From positions 5,323-69,322 of the forward strand of contig JACOZN010000005.1 of the NCBI GenBank assembly GCA_016181305.1: DNA of 64,000 nt, in the 5' to 3' direction. Positions 55,708 to 64,000 of the stretch are shown here, one piece after another. The notes beneath the pieces are model-generated. The model did not search any database and was not told the DNA's origin. It worked only from the letters and a program-made list of their open reading frames with translations. A program made the position numbers and the translations under genes. The stretch comes from Candidatus Woesearchaeota archaeon (GTDB lineage Archaea > Nanobdellota > Nanobdellia > Woesearchaeales > GW2011-AR4). Positions within the stretch are counted from its first letter, which is position 1; each line of letters starts with the position of its first letter.

Positions 55708-56092
55708 ATCCCAACACATCACTATTTCAATTAATCGCTCTGCGAATGACGTTTACGAATTCACTTCAAATCCCGAGAATCTTCCAAAATGGGCAGCAGG
55801 TCTTAGCGGTTCTATAAAAAACATTAAAGGCGACTGGATTGCTGAATCTCCGATGGGAACCATCAAAATTAAATTCGCTGAAAAAAATAAATTCGGCATT
55901 CTGGACCATGATGTCATTTTGCCGTCAGGCGAGAAAATCTATAACCCGATGCGCGTATTTCCCAACAACGATGGCAGCGAATTAGTCTTCACACTGTATC
56001 AAAGGTCAGATATGTCAGACAAACTGTTTGAAGATGATGCTAAGCTGGTCAAAAGGGATATTGAAAAGTTAAAGAAATTGCTTGATAAATAA
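55679..56092 (+). CDS. SRPBCC/polyketide cyclase-like protein
   Basis: VYEF.SNPENLPKWAAGL, GILDHDV and NPMRV motifs. Confidence 0.88.
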   Translation: MNKKNSITLKSQHITISINRSANDVYEFTSNPENLPKWAAGLSGSIKNIKGDWIAESPMGTIKIKFAEKNKFGILDHDVILPSGEKIYNPMRVFPNNDGSELVFTLYQRSDMSDKLFEDDAKLVKRDIEKLKKLLDK

Positions 56093-56182
56093 GGAGAAAC
56101 GATCATGAAAATTAAACTAACCCTTAGTACTAACATTTATATATCCAATCCGCAATTTACATTTATTCGGGGGTAGAACATT

Positions 56183-56541
56183 ATGGCTTATTTCAAAACA
56201 AAATATGTCTCATGCTTGGGTTCATGAAACTGCTCGGGTTGTGGGGCATGCCTGGCGGTGCTGCTGCTTTCGGGACTTTGGTTTGGTATGCCGGCGTTTT
56301 TGAGCTGATGATTGGATTATCCATGCTGACTGGAGTATTAGTTCGGCTTGCATCCGCCTTTGGCATAGTCATGATGATTGTTGCTTACTACTTGGGGCAT
56401 GTTAAGGTAGGCGGCTGGAATCCGCTTGTTAACTTTGGAATGCCTGCCATCATATTCCTGCTTGCATTCTTAGTCACATTAGCTTACGGCGCAGGAAAAG
56501 CCAGTCTGGAAAAAATAGCCTTTAAAAAAGAATTTTTCTGA
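56183..56541 (+). pseudogene. DoxX-family membrane protein with 5' frameshift/deletion
   Basis: ATG 56183 (MAYFKTKY..) is out of frame with 56212-56541 (G..KL.G, AGVFEL..GL...TG..R.A, YGAGK.SLE). The start of the first helix is missing. Confidence 0.7.
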
Positions 56542-56586
56542 GTTTTTTTGTTTTAATTTTTATTTAAATGCAGCTTTAATCTGCAT

Positions 56587-57261
56587 CTATGAACTTAGGC
56601 TGTTTACAAATGCTGAAACTTCACTTTCATTTTGAAGAACAACGACTTCCAAGTTTGGAAACTCCTCATTTTTAGGAATTTCCTGGGTTCTATGGATAAG
56701 ATGTATAACCCTTTCATCGACTATTTCTCTTTTCTGTGTGTTCCTGCTGTGTCTTTTCAAAGAAACGTCCAAGCCAAGGTTCAGATAAACCAGCATTTTT
56801 TTAGTTTCATCCAAACCTAAATTAAATCCCATTATTTCCGCCATTTCTGATAGGCTCTCAAATAACATTCTTCTCCTTACCCTATCGTGCAGGAGTGATT
56901 CTATAACAGGAATTTCACCACCTATATGCGATAATTCCGATACTATATAAGAATTTACAGCTTGTTGAAAAAGCTGATTCCAGAATGTCTTGCCATCCTT
57001 ACCGACTGCTGTAATTACGGCGTACTTTAGTTTATTTAAATCCCTTTTGCCAGCCGACGGAGTGCTAATTCCAAATTGCTGCAGTATAGCCGGGTAGAAC
57101 TTCTGAAGAGACTCAAAAAATTTCTCTGGCTCTTCTTCAAGTTTGTCATGTATTGAATCTATTCCAAGAATCTTATATTTAGGGTTTCTTTGTTTTATTG
57201 CATCGCATAAGTAACTCTTTCCTGAATAGGGTATACCTCCAACAAGCATTAAATTTTCCAT
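56587..57261 (-). CDS. P-loop kinase-like orphan
   Basis: N-terminal GIPYSGKS Walker A and an R..RN lid. Confidence 0.7.
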   Translation of the reverse strand: MENLMLVGGIPYSGKSYLCDAIKQRNPKYKILGIDSIHDKLEEEPEKFFESLQKFYPAILQQFGISTPSAGKRDLNKLKYAVITAVGKDGKTFWNQLFQQAVNSYIVSELSHIGGEIPVIESLLHDRVRRRMLFESLSEMAEIMGFNLGLDETKKMLVYLNLGLDVSLKRHSRNTQKREIVDERVIHLIHRTQEIPKNEEFPNLEVVVLQNESEVSAFVNSLSS

Positions 57262-57304
57262 TATAATTAAGTAATGGGCGACTTTTTATATGCTTATTGT
57301 TTTA

Positions 57305-59893
57305 TTACTCCTTTATCTTTATCCTAGCCATCACCTGCTCGTGCATCCTTTTCACAAACTCTGCCCTGTCCTCAATCTTCATTAAATCCGTGAAGCCCTG
57401 CAAAAACAGGTTGAATGCAAACGGCGACGGAAGGTTTGTATTGATTTCCTTCACAAGGATCTTTTTCTGCTCAATCCCCTCAATCACCTTGGAGGCGCTT
57501 TCTATGTCCATCAGGTCCTCCAAAACCTCCCTTCTTGCCTCCTTAAGAATGCAGAAGTCAGTGCTTATTCTTCTCACGGCATTAATCAGGATCATTGACG
57601 AAACCTGCTGCCTTCCAACCCTTTTCTGGCGCCCCATGTAGCTCCTCAAAATCATCATAGCCCGAGTTGCGCAGTGCCTGAACCTTCTTTTCAAAACTTC
57701 TGTATGCTCTATAGCCATTTCCATTATTTTCCCCATTTCCTTTGATTTTACAAGGTTGAATGCCTGCATTATGTTGATGCTTTTCTCAGATGCAACATAA
57801 AACCCGTTGTCATTGATGCCAATCTCGACATCCCTGTGCTGAGTTCTTCCAATCGCAAATGCAACTGCTCTTGACAGGCAGTCATTAACCCTTCTTCCGT
57901 ACAAAGTGTGGAATATTGCATACTTCCTTTTTGACTTCGGGTCAGCGTAGTGCTCGACTATGATTCTTGAATGGGACGGAATCTCGGCGTAGCTGAACTG
58001 CTCGTAGAAATACCTGTAAATTGACTCTGAGGAGTTTTTGTCAACGTAAAGGTACTTGTCTATGAAATCAAGAACTTCCTTTCCTGATTTGTTTGCGCAA
58101 AATAATTCATTCATCAGCTTCCTGAACCTTCCGATGTCCAATGCCAAGTCAAAGCTCAGCGGCAGCATCTCGGAAAACCATGAGGGTATTGTCGGAGGCC
58201 TGTAAACAGAGGCATTGACATAAGCAACCATGCCTTTTGCGTACAGAAACTCATAGCGCTCGCCTCCAAGCACAAAGACATCTCCTCGTTTCAGCCTTTC
58301 AAGAAACGCCTCGTCAATGTACCCAATGGGCTGCTCGCCAACCTTGACTGTAATGAAGGATTCTTCAGGAATCGTGCCAATGTTTGTCATGTAGATAACC
58401 CTTGACATCTTGCCCTTTTTTCCAATTTCCTGTGTTTCCTCATCGTACCAAATCTTTGCGTAGATATGCCTGTCCTCAAGCGAAATGTATTTTCCTGCAA
58501 GGTATTCAATTACCTCAATGAAGTCCTTCCATTCCAATTCATTGTAGCAGTAGCTTTGCTTTATTAAATTAAACAAGTCCTTTGCTTTCCATCTTTGCTC
58601 AAGGCTCATTCCATGGACTTGCTGCGCCAGGACATCTAGGCAGTTTCTTGGGATATGGATTTTGTCAATCTTTTTTTCAATGGCTGACTTTAGAAGCACG
58701 GCACACTCAACCAAGTCATCCCTGTCCAAAACTATGATTCTTGCTTTAACAGTGTCGTGCAGCCTGTGCCCCGAGCGCCCTGCGCGCTGCAGAAACCGTG
58801 CAACTGACTTTGGAGAGCCGAGGCATATAACCAAGTCTATGTATCCAATGTCAATGCCCAGTTCCAATGAGGTGCTTGAAACAATGACTTTCAACTCGCC
58901 TTTTCTTAATCTGTTTTCAATATTGTGCCTCAAAGTTTTTGACAATGAGCCATGATGCGCCCCGATGTTTTCAGTGTATTTTTTCGGGAACTTTTCCTTT
59001 AAGTGATGCACCACCCTTTCTGTCGCGCTTCTCGTGTTTGTGAAAATCAAAGTTGTCTTGTGGCTTTGTATCAGGTCATCGATTAAAGTGTACATCGAGC
59101 TGTGCATGAAGATATGCTCCATGCCAACCAAGTCAGGCACAGGGCTTAAAACCTTCAAGTCCATGTTTTTTATAAACTGCACATCCACAATCTTGCAGTT
59201 TCTCAGCTTGTCATTTTCGTAGCCAACAAGAAATTTTGCAATATCCTCCAATGGCGCAATAGTTGCGCTTAAGCCTACTCTTGTCATTGCAGGCGAAATC
59301 CTCTGCAGCCTTTCCATCGACAATGACAAATGAACTCCTCTCTTGTTTTCCGCCAGCGCATGCACCTCGTCAACAATGAGCCATTCGACATTCTGCAATA
59401 AGCCGCTGAATTTTATGGACGAGAGCATTATCGCAAGGCTTTCCGGGGTTGTGATTAGGATGTGGGGTGGATGCTTGAGCATTTTTGCCTTTTCAGAAGC
59501 TGATGTGTCGCCTGTCCTTACTGCAACTCTCACTCCAAGCTTTTTTCCCGCAATCTTTTCCATTTCCTTGAGCGGCTCAACCAGATTGAACTGAATGTCA
59601 TTGCTCAATGCCTTCAACGGGGAAACATAAACACAATAAACACGATTTTCCAAAATCCCTTTTTCACTTGAATCAATCAACTCATTTAAAATCGACAGAA
59701 ATGCAGTCAGTGTTTTTGTCGCTCCGGTTGGCGCACTCACAAGAATATTGCTTCTTGAGTGGATTTCCATCACTCCAAACAACTGCGGCAAAGAGAATTC
59801 CCTGAACATTGTGAAGAACCACTTGTCTATGATAGGATTCAATATATGCTTGATCTGCTCGGGCTTGTACGGTTTTTCCAGATGCTCAATCAT
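57305..59893 (-). CDS. lhr: Lhr-family ATP-dependent helicase
   Basis: SPLKAL, RTGDT, TTPESL, DEVH, SAT, HHGSL, LELGIDIG and QRAGRSGH motifs. Confidence 0.96.
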   Translation of the reverse strand: MIEHLEKPYKPEQIKHILNPIIDKWFFTMFREFSLPQLFGVMEIHSRSNILVSAPTGATKTLTAFLSILNELIDSSEKGILENRVYCVYVSPLKALSNDIQFNLVEPLKEMEKIAGKKLGVRVAVRTGDTSASEKAKMLKHPPHILITTPESLAIMLSSIKFSGLLQNVEWLIVDEVHALAENKRGVHLSLSMERLQRISPAMTRVGLSATIAPLEDIAKFLVGYENDKLRNCKIVDVQFIKNMDLKVLSPVPDLVGMEHIFMHSSMYTLIDDLIQSHKTTLIFTNTRSATERVVHHLKEKFPKKYTENIGAHHGSLSKTLRHNIENRLRKGELKVIVSSTSLELGIDIGYIDLVICLGSPKSVARFLQRAGRSGHRLHDTVKARIIVLDRDDLVECAVLLKSAIEKKIDKIHIPRNCLDVLAQQVHGMSLEQRWKAKDLFNLIKQSYCYNELEWKDFIEVIEYLAGKYISLEDRHIYAKIWYDEETQEIGKKGKMSRVIYMTNIGTIPEESFITVKVGEQPIGYIDEAFLERLKRGDVFVLGGERYEFLYAKGMVAYVNASVYRPPTIPSWFSEMLPLSFDLALDIGRFRKLMNELFCANKSGKEVLDFIDKYLYVDKNSSESIYRYFYEQFSYAEIPSHSRIIVEHYADPKSKRKYAIFHTLYGRRVNDCLSRAVAFAIGRTQHRDVEIGINDNGFYVASEKSINIMQAFNLVKSKEMGKIMEMAIEHTEVLKRRFRHCATRAMMILRSYMGRQKRVGRQQVSSMILINAVRRISTDFCILKEARREVLEDLMDIESASKVIEGIEQKKILVKEINTNLPSPFAFNLFLQGFTDLMKIEDRAEFVKRMHEQVMARIKIKE

Positions 59894-60074
59894 TTTTAAA
59901 CAACTTAAATATATTTAAATAATCTTTTTATACTGCCTTTCAATATTATTTTTCTATATGGAAAATAAATATGTATACTTTAATTGTTATTATTTGATAA
60001 TGTGTGGAAATTTATAAAGATTTTGACAATTCGAAACAACAACCTTTTTAAAGAAGCTGATTATCCCGATATCC

Positions 60075-60113
60075 GTGCTAACGCAAGTTAGCCAATCTAG
60101 CACCGCAAGGTGT
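60075..60113 (+). ncRNA. Candidate structured leader or small RNA: two GCAA-tetraloop hairpins
   Basis: GCTAAC-GCAA-GTTAGC and GCACC-GCAA-GGTGT begin about 22 bp after a TATA-like TTTTTAAA (60045-60052). Confidence 0.5.
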
Positions 60114-60138
60114 AAAGAAAAACTGTTAAAATTTAAAT

Positions 60139-60196
60139 AAAATCACGAGAGCGACTTTTTGCTGCAAAAGTTATTAAAGTAATCCGCTTGTGATTT
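60139..60196 (+). repeat. 58-bp structured element, copy 2
   Basis: Identical to 20342-20399. Confidence 0.95.
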
Positions 60197-60227
60197 AAAA
60201 TTTGGATTTATAAACTGTCAAACAAAA

Positions 60228-60791
60228 ATGCCGACAATGTATGATGCGGATGCGCAGGAATTGGTTGAAAAGGCAGCTGAAGAGCTGAAGAAATTGCCGG
60301 AGATAAAGCCTCCGGAATGGGCAGCATTTGCCAAGACAGGCGTGCACAAGGAGCTGCCGCCTGTAAAAAATGACTGGTGGTACATAAGGGCAGCTTCTGT
60401 TCTGAGGACAGTTTACCGCTTAGGCCCGGTCGGAGTCTCAAAGTTAAGGGCGAAGTACGGCGGCAGGATGAACAGGGGAGTCAAGAAAGACAGCTTCTTC
60501 AAGGGCTCGGGAAATATTTTAAGGAAGTCGCTGCAGCAGCTGGAAAAAGCCGGATTTGTAAAGTTTGCTGAAAAAGGCGTCCACAAAGGAAGGGTGGTAA
60601 CGCCAAAAGGCAAGTCGTTTCTTGACAGGATAGCATCCCAGGTTAACGGCTCAAAGCCAAAGCACGAAATCCAAGTCAGGGAAACTCATAAAGAAGTGGT
60701 TGAGGTAAAGGAGGAGCCAAAAGCTGTAAAGAAAGCAGAGGCGCACGAATCGAGCCCGGCTCAGGCTTCAGCGGAAATTAAAAAAGAATAG
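60228..60791 (+). CDS. rps19e: 30S ribosomal protein eS19
   Basis: PEWA.F.KTG.HKE.PP, WWY.RAAS.LR, GPVGV and LQQLE.AG motifs. Confidence 0.97.
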   Translation: MPTMYDADAQELVEKAAEELKKLPEIKPPEWAAFAKTGVHKELPPVKNDWWYIRAASVLRTVYRLGPVGVSKLRAKYGGRMNRGVKKDSFFKGSGNILRKSLQQLEKAGFVKFAEKGVHKGRVVTPKGKSFLDRIASQVNGSKPKHEIQVRETHKEVVEVKEEPKAVKKAEAHESSPAQASAEIKKE

Positions 60792-60795
60792 CCAA

Positions 60796-61131
60796 ATGCC
60801 CACTCTCGAAGAAATCAGGAAAAAGAAGCTTGAAGAATTGGCCAGGCTCCAGCAGGAAAAACTGCAGCAGCAGGCTCAGGAGCAGTCCCAGCTGCAGCAG
60901 CAAATAGAGCAGATTGAAAGTACCGTAAGGCAGTTTTTCACAAAAGAGGCGCTGGCAAGATACGGAAATCTGAAGGCAGCTCATCAGGAAAAGGCTTTGC
61001 AGCTGCTTTTGGTGTTATTCCAGGCAATACAAAAAGGGCAGGTTCAGGGCAAAATTGAGGATTCGCTGCTTAAAAAAATATTGGAGCAGCTGACTCCGAA
61101 GAAAAAGGAAATCAGGATAAAAAGGGTTTAA
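60796..61131 (+). CDS. PDCD5-like DNA-binding protein
   Basis: LEEIRKKKLEEL, Q-rich segment, T.EAL.R..NL and C-terminal IKR; conserved position after rps19e. Confidence 0.9.
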   Translation: MPTLEEIRKKKLEELARLQQEKLQQQAQEQSQLQQQIEQIESTVRQFFTKEALARYGNLKAAHQEKALQLLLVLFQAIQKGQVQGKIEDSLLKKILEQLTPKKKEIRIKRV

Positions 61132-61142
61132 AAAACAACAAA

Positions 61143-61316
61143 ATGGCGCGTTACAAGCATCCAAGCAGGAAAAAAAGGCTGGCAAGGCTGAGGAAGCAGA
61201 CAAGATGGGCCCCGTTCTGGACAGTGCCTAAAATATACGGCAAGACTCGAAGAATCCATCCGGGCAGGCACACAAAGCTGAAGAGAAGCTGGCGAAGGAC
61301 AAAGACAAAGGCGTGA
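61143..61316 (+). CDS. rpl39e: 50S ribosomal protein eL39
   Basis: Manual translation MARYKHPSRKKRLARLRKQTRWAPFWTVPKIYGKTRRIHPGRHTKLKRSWRRTKTKA*. Confidence 0.92.
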   Translation: MARYKHPSRKKRLARLRKQTRWAPFWTVPKIYGKTRRIHPGRHTKLKRSWRRTKTKA

Positions 61317-61318
61317 AA

Positions 61319-61564
61319 ATGGAAAGCATATTGCACCTTATGCAATACCATGGGAGATTAAAGCTGTATCATGGCTTTCAATTTATGGTTGCAATAGAAC
61401 ACGCCAATGACGTCATCCAATCAATAAAAATACGGGAATTTCCACGAAGTGAGGTGAGTTTTGGGCATATACCCCACCAAATAAGGCATGAAATAAACCA
61501 CGCATTCGAATCTTTAGGGGTTTCCATCCCACCAAAATATATGGGGATTTCATATTTAAACTAA
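61319..61564 (+). CDS. Hypothetical orphan inserted between rpl39e and rpl31e
   Basis: 81-aa ORF spaced 2 bp and 1 bp from its neighbours. Confidence 0.65.
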   Translation: MESILHLMQYHGRLKLYHGFQFMVAIEHANDVIQSIKIREFPRSEVSFGHIPHQIRHEINHAFESLGVSIPPKYMGISYLN

Positions 61565-61565
61565 A

Positions 61566-62072
61566 ATGGCTAAAAAAGAAGAAGCTTCAAAAATAATATT
61601 GGAAAGAACCTACAATATTCCGCTTAGAAGGGAGACTTTGAAGGCGCCTTCTTACAGGAAGGCTAAAAAGGCAATCACTGCCATAAGGGAGTTTATAGGC
61701 AGGCACATGAAGTCTGAAAATATTGCTATCGGCAGGTACCTTAACCTGAAAATCTGGGAGCACGGCATCAAAAACCCGCCGCATCATGTCAAAGTTACTG
61801 CATCAAAGGACGACAAGGGCAAGGTTTTTGTCGAGCTTGTCGGCGCCCCGAAAGAGGCAAAGGCTGAGGAGAAGAAAAAGCCAGAGCCAAAAACTGAAAA
61901 GCCTGAAGAGAAGATTGAAGTGGCAAAGGAGGGAAAGGCAGAAGAAGCCAAAAAAATAGAGAAAGAGGAGATAAAGGATCTGCAGAAGGAGCATCCGAAG
62001 CACCATGCTCCCAGAATGCCCGCGATGCCTAAGAAGCAGGAAGCGCATCCAACTGCGCCGAAGAGCGTTTGA
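61566..62072 (+). CDS. rpl31e: 50S ribosomal protein eL31 with K/E-rich extension
   Basis: ERTYNIPLR, AKKAI..IREF..RHMK and IW.HGIKNPP motifs. Confidence 0.96.
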   Translation: MAKKEEASKIILERTYNIPLRRETLKAPSYRKAKKAITAIREFIGRHMKSENIAIGRYLNLKIWEHGIKNPPHHVKVTASKDDKGKVFVELVGAPKEAKAEEKKKPEPKTEKPEEKIEVAKEGKAEEAKKIEKEEIKDLQKEHPKHHAPRMPAMPKKQEAHPTAPKSV

Positions 62073-62111
62073 GTGGGTAAATTTATTAAGTAATTCCAAG
62101 TTCTTTTTGGT

Positions 62112-63098
62112 ATGAACAGCTTATTGCCATTTGAAAGAACAGAAAGAAAAATCCTTATCAGAAAAGAAGCAGAGACTGATGAAAAATACGGCTGTAATCC
62201 AAACGACAGAAAAACTGATGAAATAATAAACTATGGTATAGTTAATATAGACAAACCCAAAGGCCCCACTTCACATCAAGTCTCTGATTTTGTTCAAAAA
62301 ATTCTTCACATAAGCAAAAGCGGGCATTCAGGGACTTTGGACCCTGCTGTCACGGGAGTTCTTCCTGTAGCCTTGGGCAGGGCGACAAGAATCGTGCAGG
62401 GGCTGTTGACTGCAGGAAAGGAATATGTTGGAATAATGCACCTGCATAAAGAAGTTGATGAAAGCATATTAAGGGAAACAATAAGCAGGAATTTTATCGG
62501 AAAAATCCAGCAGTTGCCTCCGATAAAAAGCTCTGTCAAGAGGCAGCTTAGGACAAGAAGCGTTTATTATTTTGAAATCCTGGAGATTGACGGGAAGGAT
62601 GTGCTGTTCAAAGTCGGGACTGAGGCAGGAACTTACATAAGGAAGCTTATTCACGATATCGGGCAAAAATTAAAAACAGGGGCGCATATGGCAGAGCTTA
62701 GAAGGACAAAAGCAGGCCCTTTTGGCGAATCCACTTTATTTACACTGCATGAGCTGACAGACGCTTATTATTTTTTTATAGAAGAAAAAAATGACAAATT
62801 CATAAGAAAAGTCATACAGCCAGTTGAAAATGGGGTCAGCCATCTGCCTAAAACCTGGGTTTTTGACACAACTGTTGAAAGCCTTTGCCACGGCTCTGAC
62901 TTGAAGGTGCCTGGAATAAGCAAATTGAATGACAGCATAAAAAAAGACGAGATTGTTGCAATAATGACATTAAAAGATGAGTTGGTTGCATTGGGCACTG
63001 CGCAAATCACATCAAAAGAAATGCTTGGAGAGAAAGGAATTGCTGTGAAGACTGAGAAGGTGTTTATGATGCCGGGGGATTATAAAATCCGTGATTAA
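62112..63098 (+). CDS. cbf5: H/ACA pseudouridine synthase Cbf5
   Basis: DKPKGPTSHQV, GHSGTLDP and AGTYIRKL motifs; PUA domain. Confidence 0.97.
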   Translation: MNSLLPFERTERKILIRKEAETDEKYGCNPNDRKTDEIINYGIVNIDKPKGPTSHQVSDFVQKILHISKSGHSGTLDPAVTGVLPVALGRATRIVQGLLTAGKEYVGIMHLHKEVDESILRETISRNFIGKIQQLPPIKSSVKRQLRTRSVYYFEILEIDGKDVLFKVGTEAGTYIRKLIHDIGQKLKTGAHMAELRRTKAGPFGESTLFTLHELTDAYYFFIEEKNDKFIRKVIQPVENGVSHLPKTWVFDTTVESLCHGSDLKVPGISKLNDSIKKDEIVAIMTLKDELVALGTAQITSKEMLGEKGIAVKTEKVFMMPGDYKIRD

Positions 63099-63147
63099 AG
63101 ATTTCTAATCGTTAAATTTAAATATTTAATTATAAACTTGTTTTAAT

Positions 63148-63243
63148 ATGAAATCGTCCCTTGAGTGCCCGTTGTGCGGGGCAGAAGTTGATGAAAGTGA
63201 GAATTATTGTTCAGAGTGCGGCGAGACGCTTAAAAAAGAGTGA
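63148..63243 (+). CDS. Zinc-ribbon microprotein (31 aa)
   Basis: MKSSLECPLCGAEVDESENYCSECGETLKKE*, with TATA-like TTTAAATA upstream. Confidence 0.75.
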   Translation: MKSSLECPLCGAEVDESENYCSECGETLKKE

Positions 63244-63279
63244 CAAAAAAGAAATAAGCTAGTTCTTTCTGGGATTAAA

Positions 63280-64000
63280 ATGGCAGAAGATAATGGAAAA
63301 AAGAGCCTGAAATATTCGCTTTATGACGGAGCTTCCTTTGCCGTAATGGAAGGAATGACAGCTTCTTTTGTCACGCCTTTTGCAGTTGCACTGAATGCCT
63401 CTGTAAGCATGATTGCGGCCCTGACTTATGTGCCGCAGCTTTTTGGGGCTTTCATACAGCTTTTTGCAGCCAAGATAGTGGAGGCGCTTAAAGACAGGAG
63501 AAAAATACTGGTTATAAGCTCTTTCCTGCATGCAGTCCTGTGGATTCCTTTGCTGCTCATACCTTACGCGACTCCAAGCCGGAAATACCTGCTTGTGGTT
63601 TACATTGCACTGCAGACAATGCTTGTCCAGCTGATGCAGCCAATAGGCAATTCGCTGCTTGGCGACATTGTGCCCAAGTATGAAAGGGGCAGGTTTTTCG
63701 GCCTGCGCAACAAGGTTGTGGGCGCGGTGTCATTTGCCTCTGCATTAATTGCCGGCTTGATGCTGAATTACCTCTCGCCGAAGAACCCTTTTCTCGGCTT
63801 CGCAATCCTTTTTTCAGTTGCGTTCGCAGGCAGGGCACTTTCAGGGGTTTTCAAGGCTATGATGGCAAATCCCGAGCCTGACTTGGCGCATGAAGGCAAA
63901 TTCTCGATTTTTGATTTTGTAAAGCGGATGGAAAAGACGAATTACGGGCATTTTGTCATTTACATAACCTTGTTTAAGTTCGCAACAAGCATAGCGTCGC
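63280..64000 (+). CDS. MFS transporter, 3'-truncated by window edge
   Basis: Manual translation MAEDNGKKSLKYSLYDGASFAVMEGMT...; multiple TMs and GDIVP..ERGRFFG.RN. Confidence 0.85.
   Translation, partial: MAEDNGKKSLKYSLYDGASFAVMEGMTASFVTPFAVALNASVSMIAALTYVPQLFGAFIQLFAAKIVEALKDRRKILVISSFLHAVLWIPLLLIPYATPSRKYLLVVYIALQTMLVQLMQPIGNSLLGDIVPKYERGRFFGLRNKVVGAVSFASALIAGLMLNYLSPKNPFLGFAILFSVAFAGRALSGVFKAMMANPEPDLAHEGKFSIFDFVKRMEKTNYGHFVIYITLFKFATSIAS

Noticed and set aside
60075-60113. Guanidine-II riboswitch (twin hairpins)
   Set aside because: The loops are GCAA, not ACGR, and the downstream gene is a ribosomal protein.
382-63838. Numerous 60-200 aa ORFs antisense to or nested in identified genes (e.g. 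382-726, 22146-22748, 24016-24558, 47990-48412, 63259-63838)
   Set aside because: They are shadow frames of well-supported genes and have no motifs or expression signals.
1-64000. CRISPR array, tRNA or rRNA genes
   Set aside because: I found no regularly spaced repeats and no T-arm or cloverleaf signatures in intergenic regions. A tRNAscan-SE or cmscan run would be needed to exclude them fully.

Overview
Archaeal chromosomal segment, by inference DPANN (Woesearchaeota-like). It has archaeal information genes (rpl10e, rps6e, eIF2-gamma, rpl21e-rpo4, rpo6-rps17e, rps19e-rpl39e-rpl31e, cbf5, Lhr) and BRE/TATA promoters. It also carries bacterial-type metabolic genes (metK, coaD, coaE, lsrF-like, aguAB) and many single A/T-rich orphan genes wedged between conserved genes. 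Main clusters: (1) apt / mtnA-lsrF-[DUF2157, GDYXXLXY]-Zn dehydrogenase / mtnP, which I propose encodes an oxidative-thiolytic salvage route for 5'-deoxyadenosine or methylthioadenosine ending in DHAP plus an acyl-CoA; (2) speD-like-aguB-aguA / metK polyamine genes; (3) a glycogen cluster (GH15, debranching enzyme, GT3 and GT4 glycosyltransferases, GH57, tandem DUF5752-like proteins); (4) a Xer-like tyrosine recombinase beside hairpin sites with TAA-N6-TTA cores and a 3.4-kb cargo bounded by inverted repeats (RHH, PIN, CAP-domain surface protein). A 57-58 bp structured element occurs three times, with compensatory base changes in one copy. Several genes carry local lesions (a 37-bp duplication, small deletions, -1 frameshifts) that may be assembly artefacts. 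I recognised no tRNA, rRNA or CRISPR array. All family calls come from motif recognition by eye; no database searches were run.
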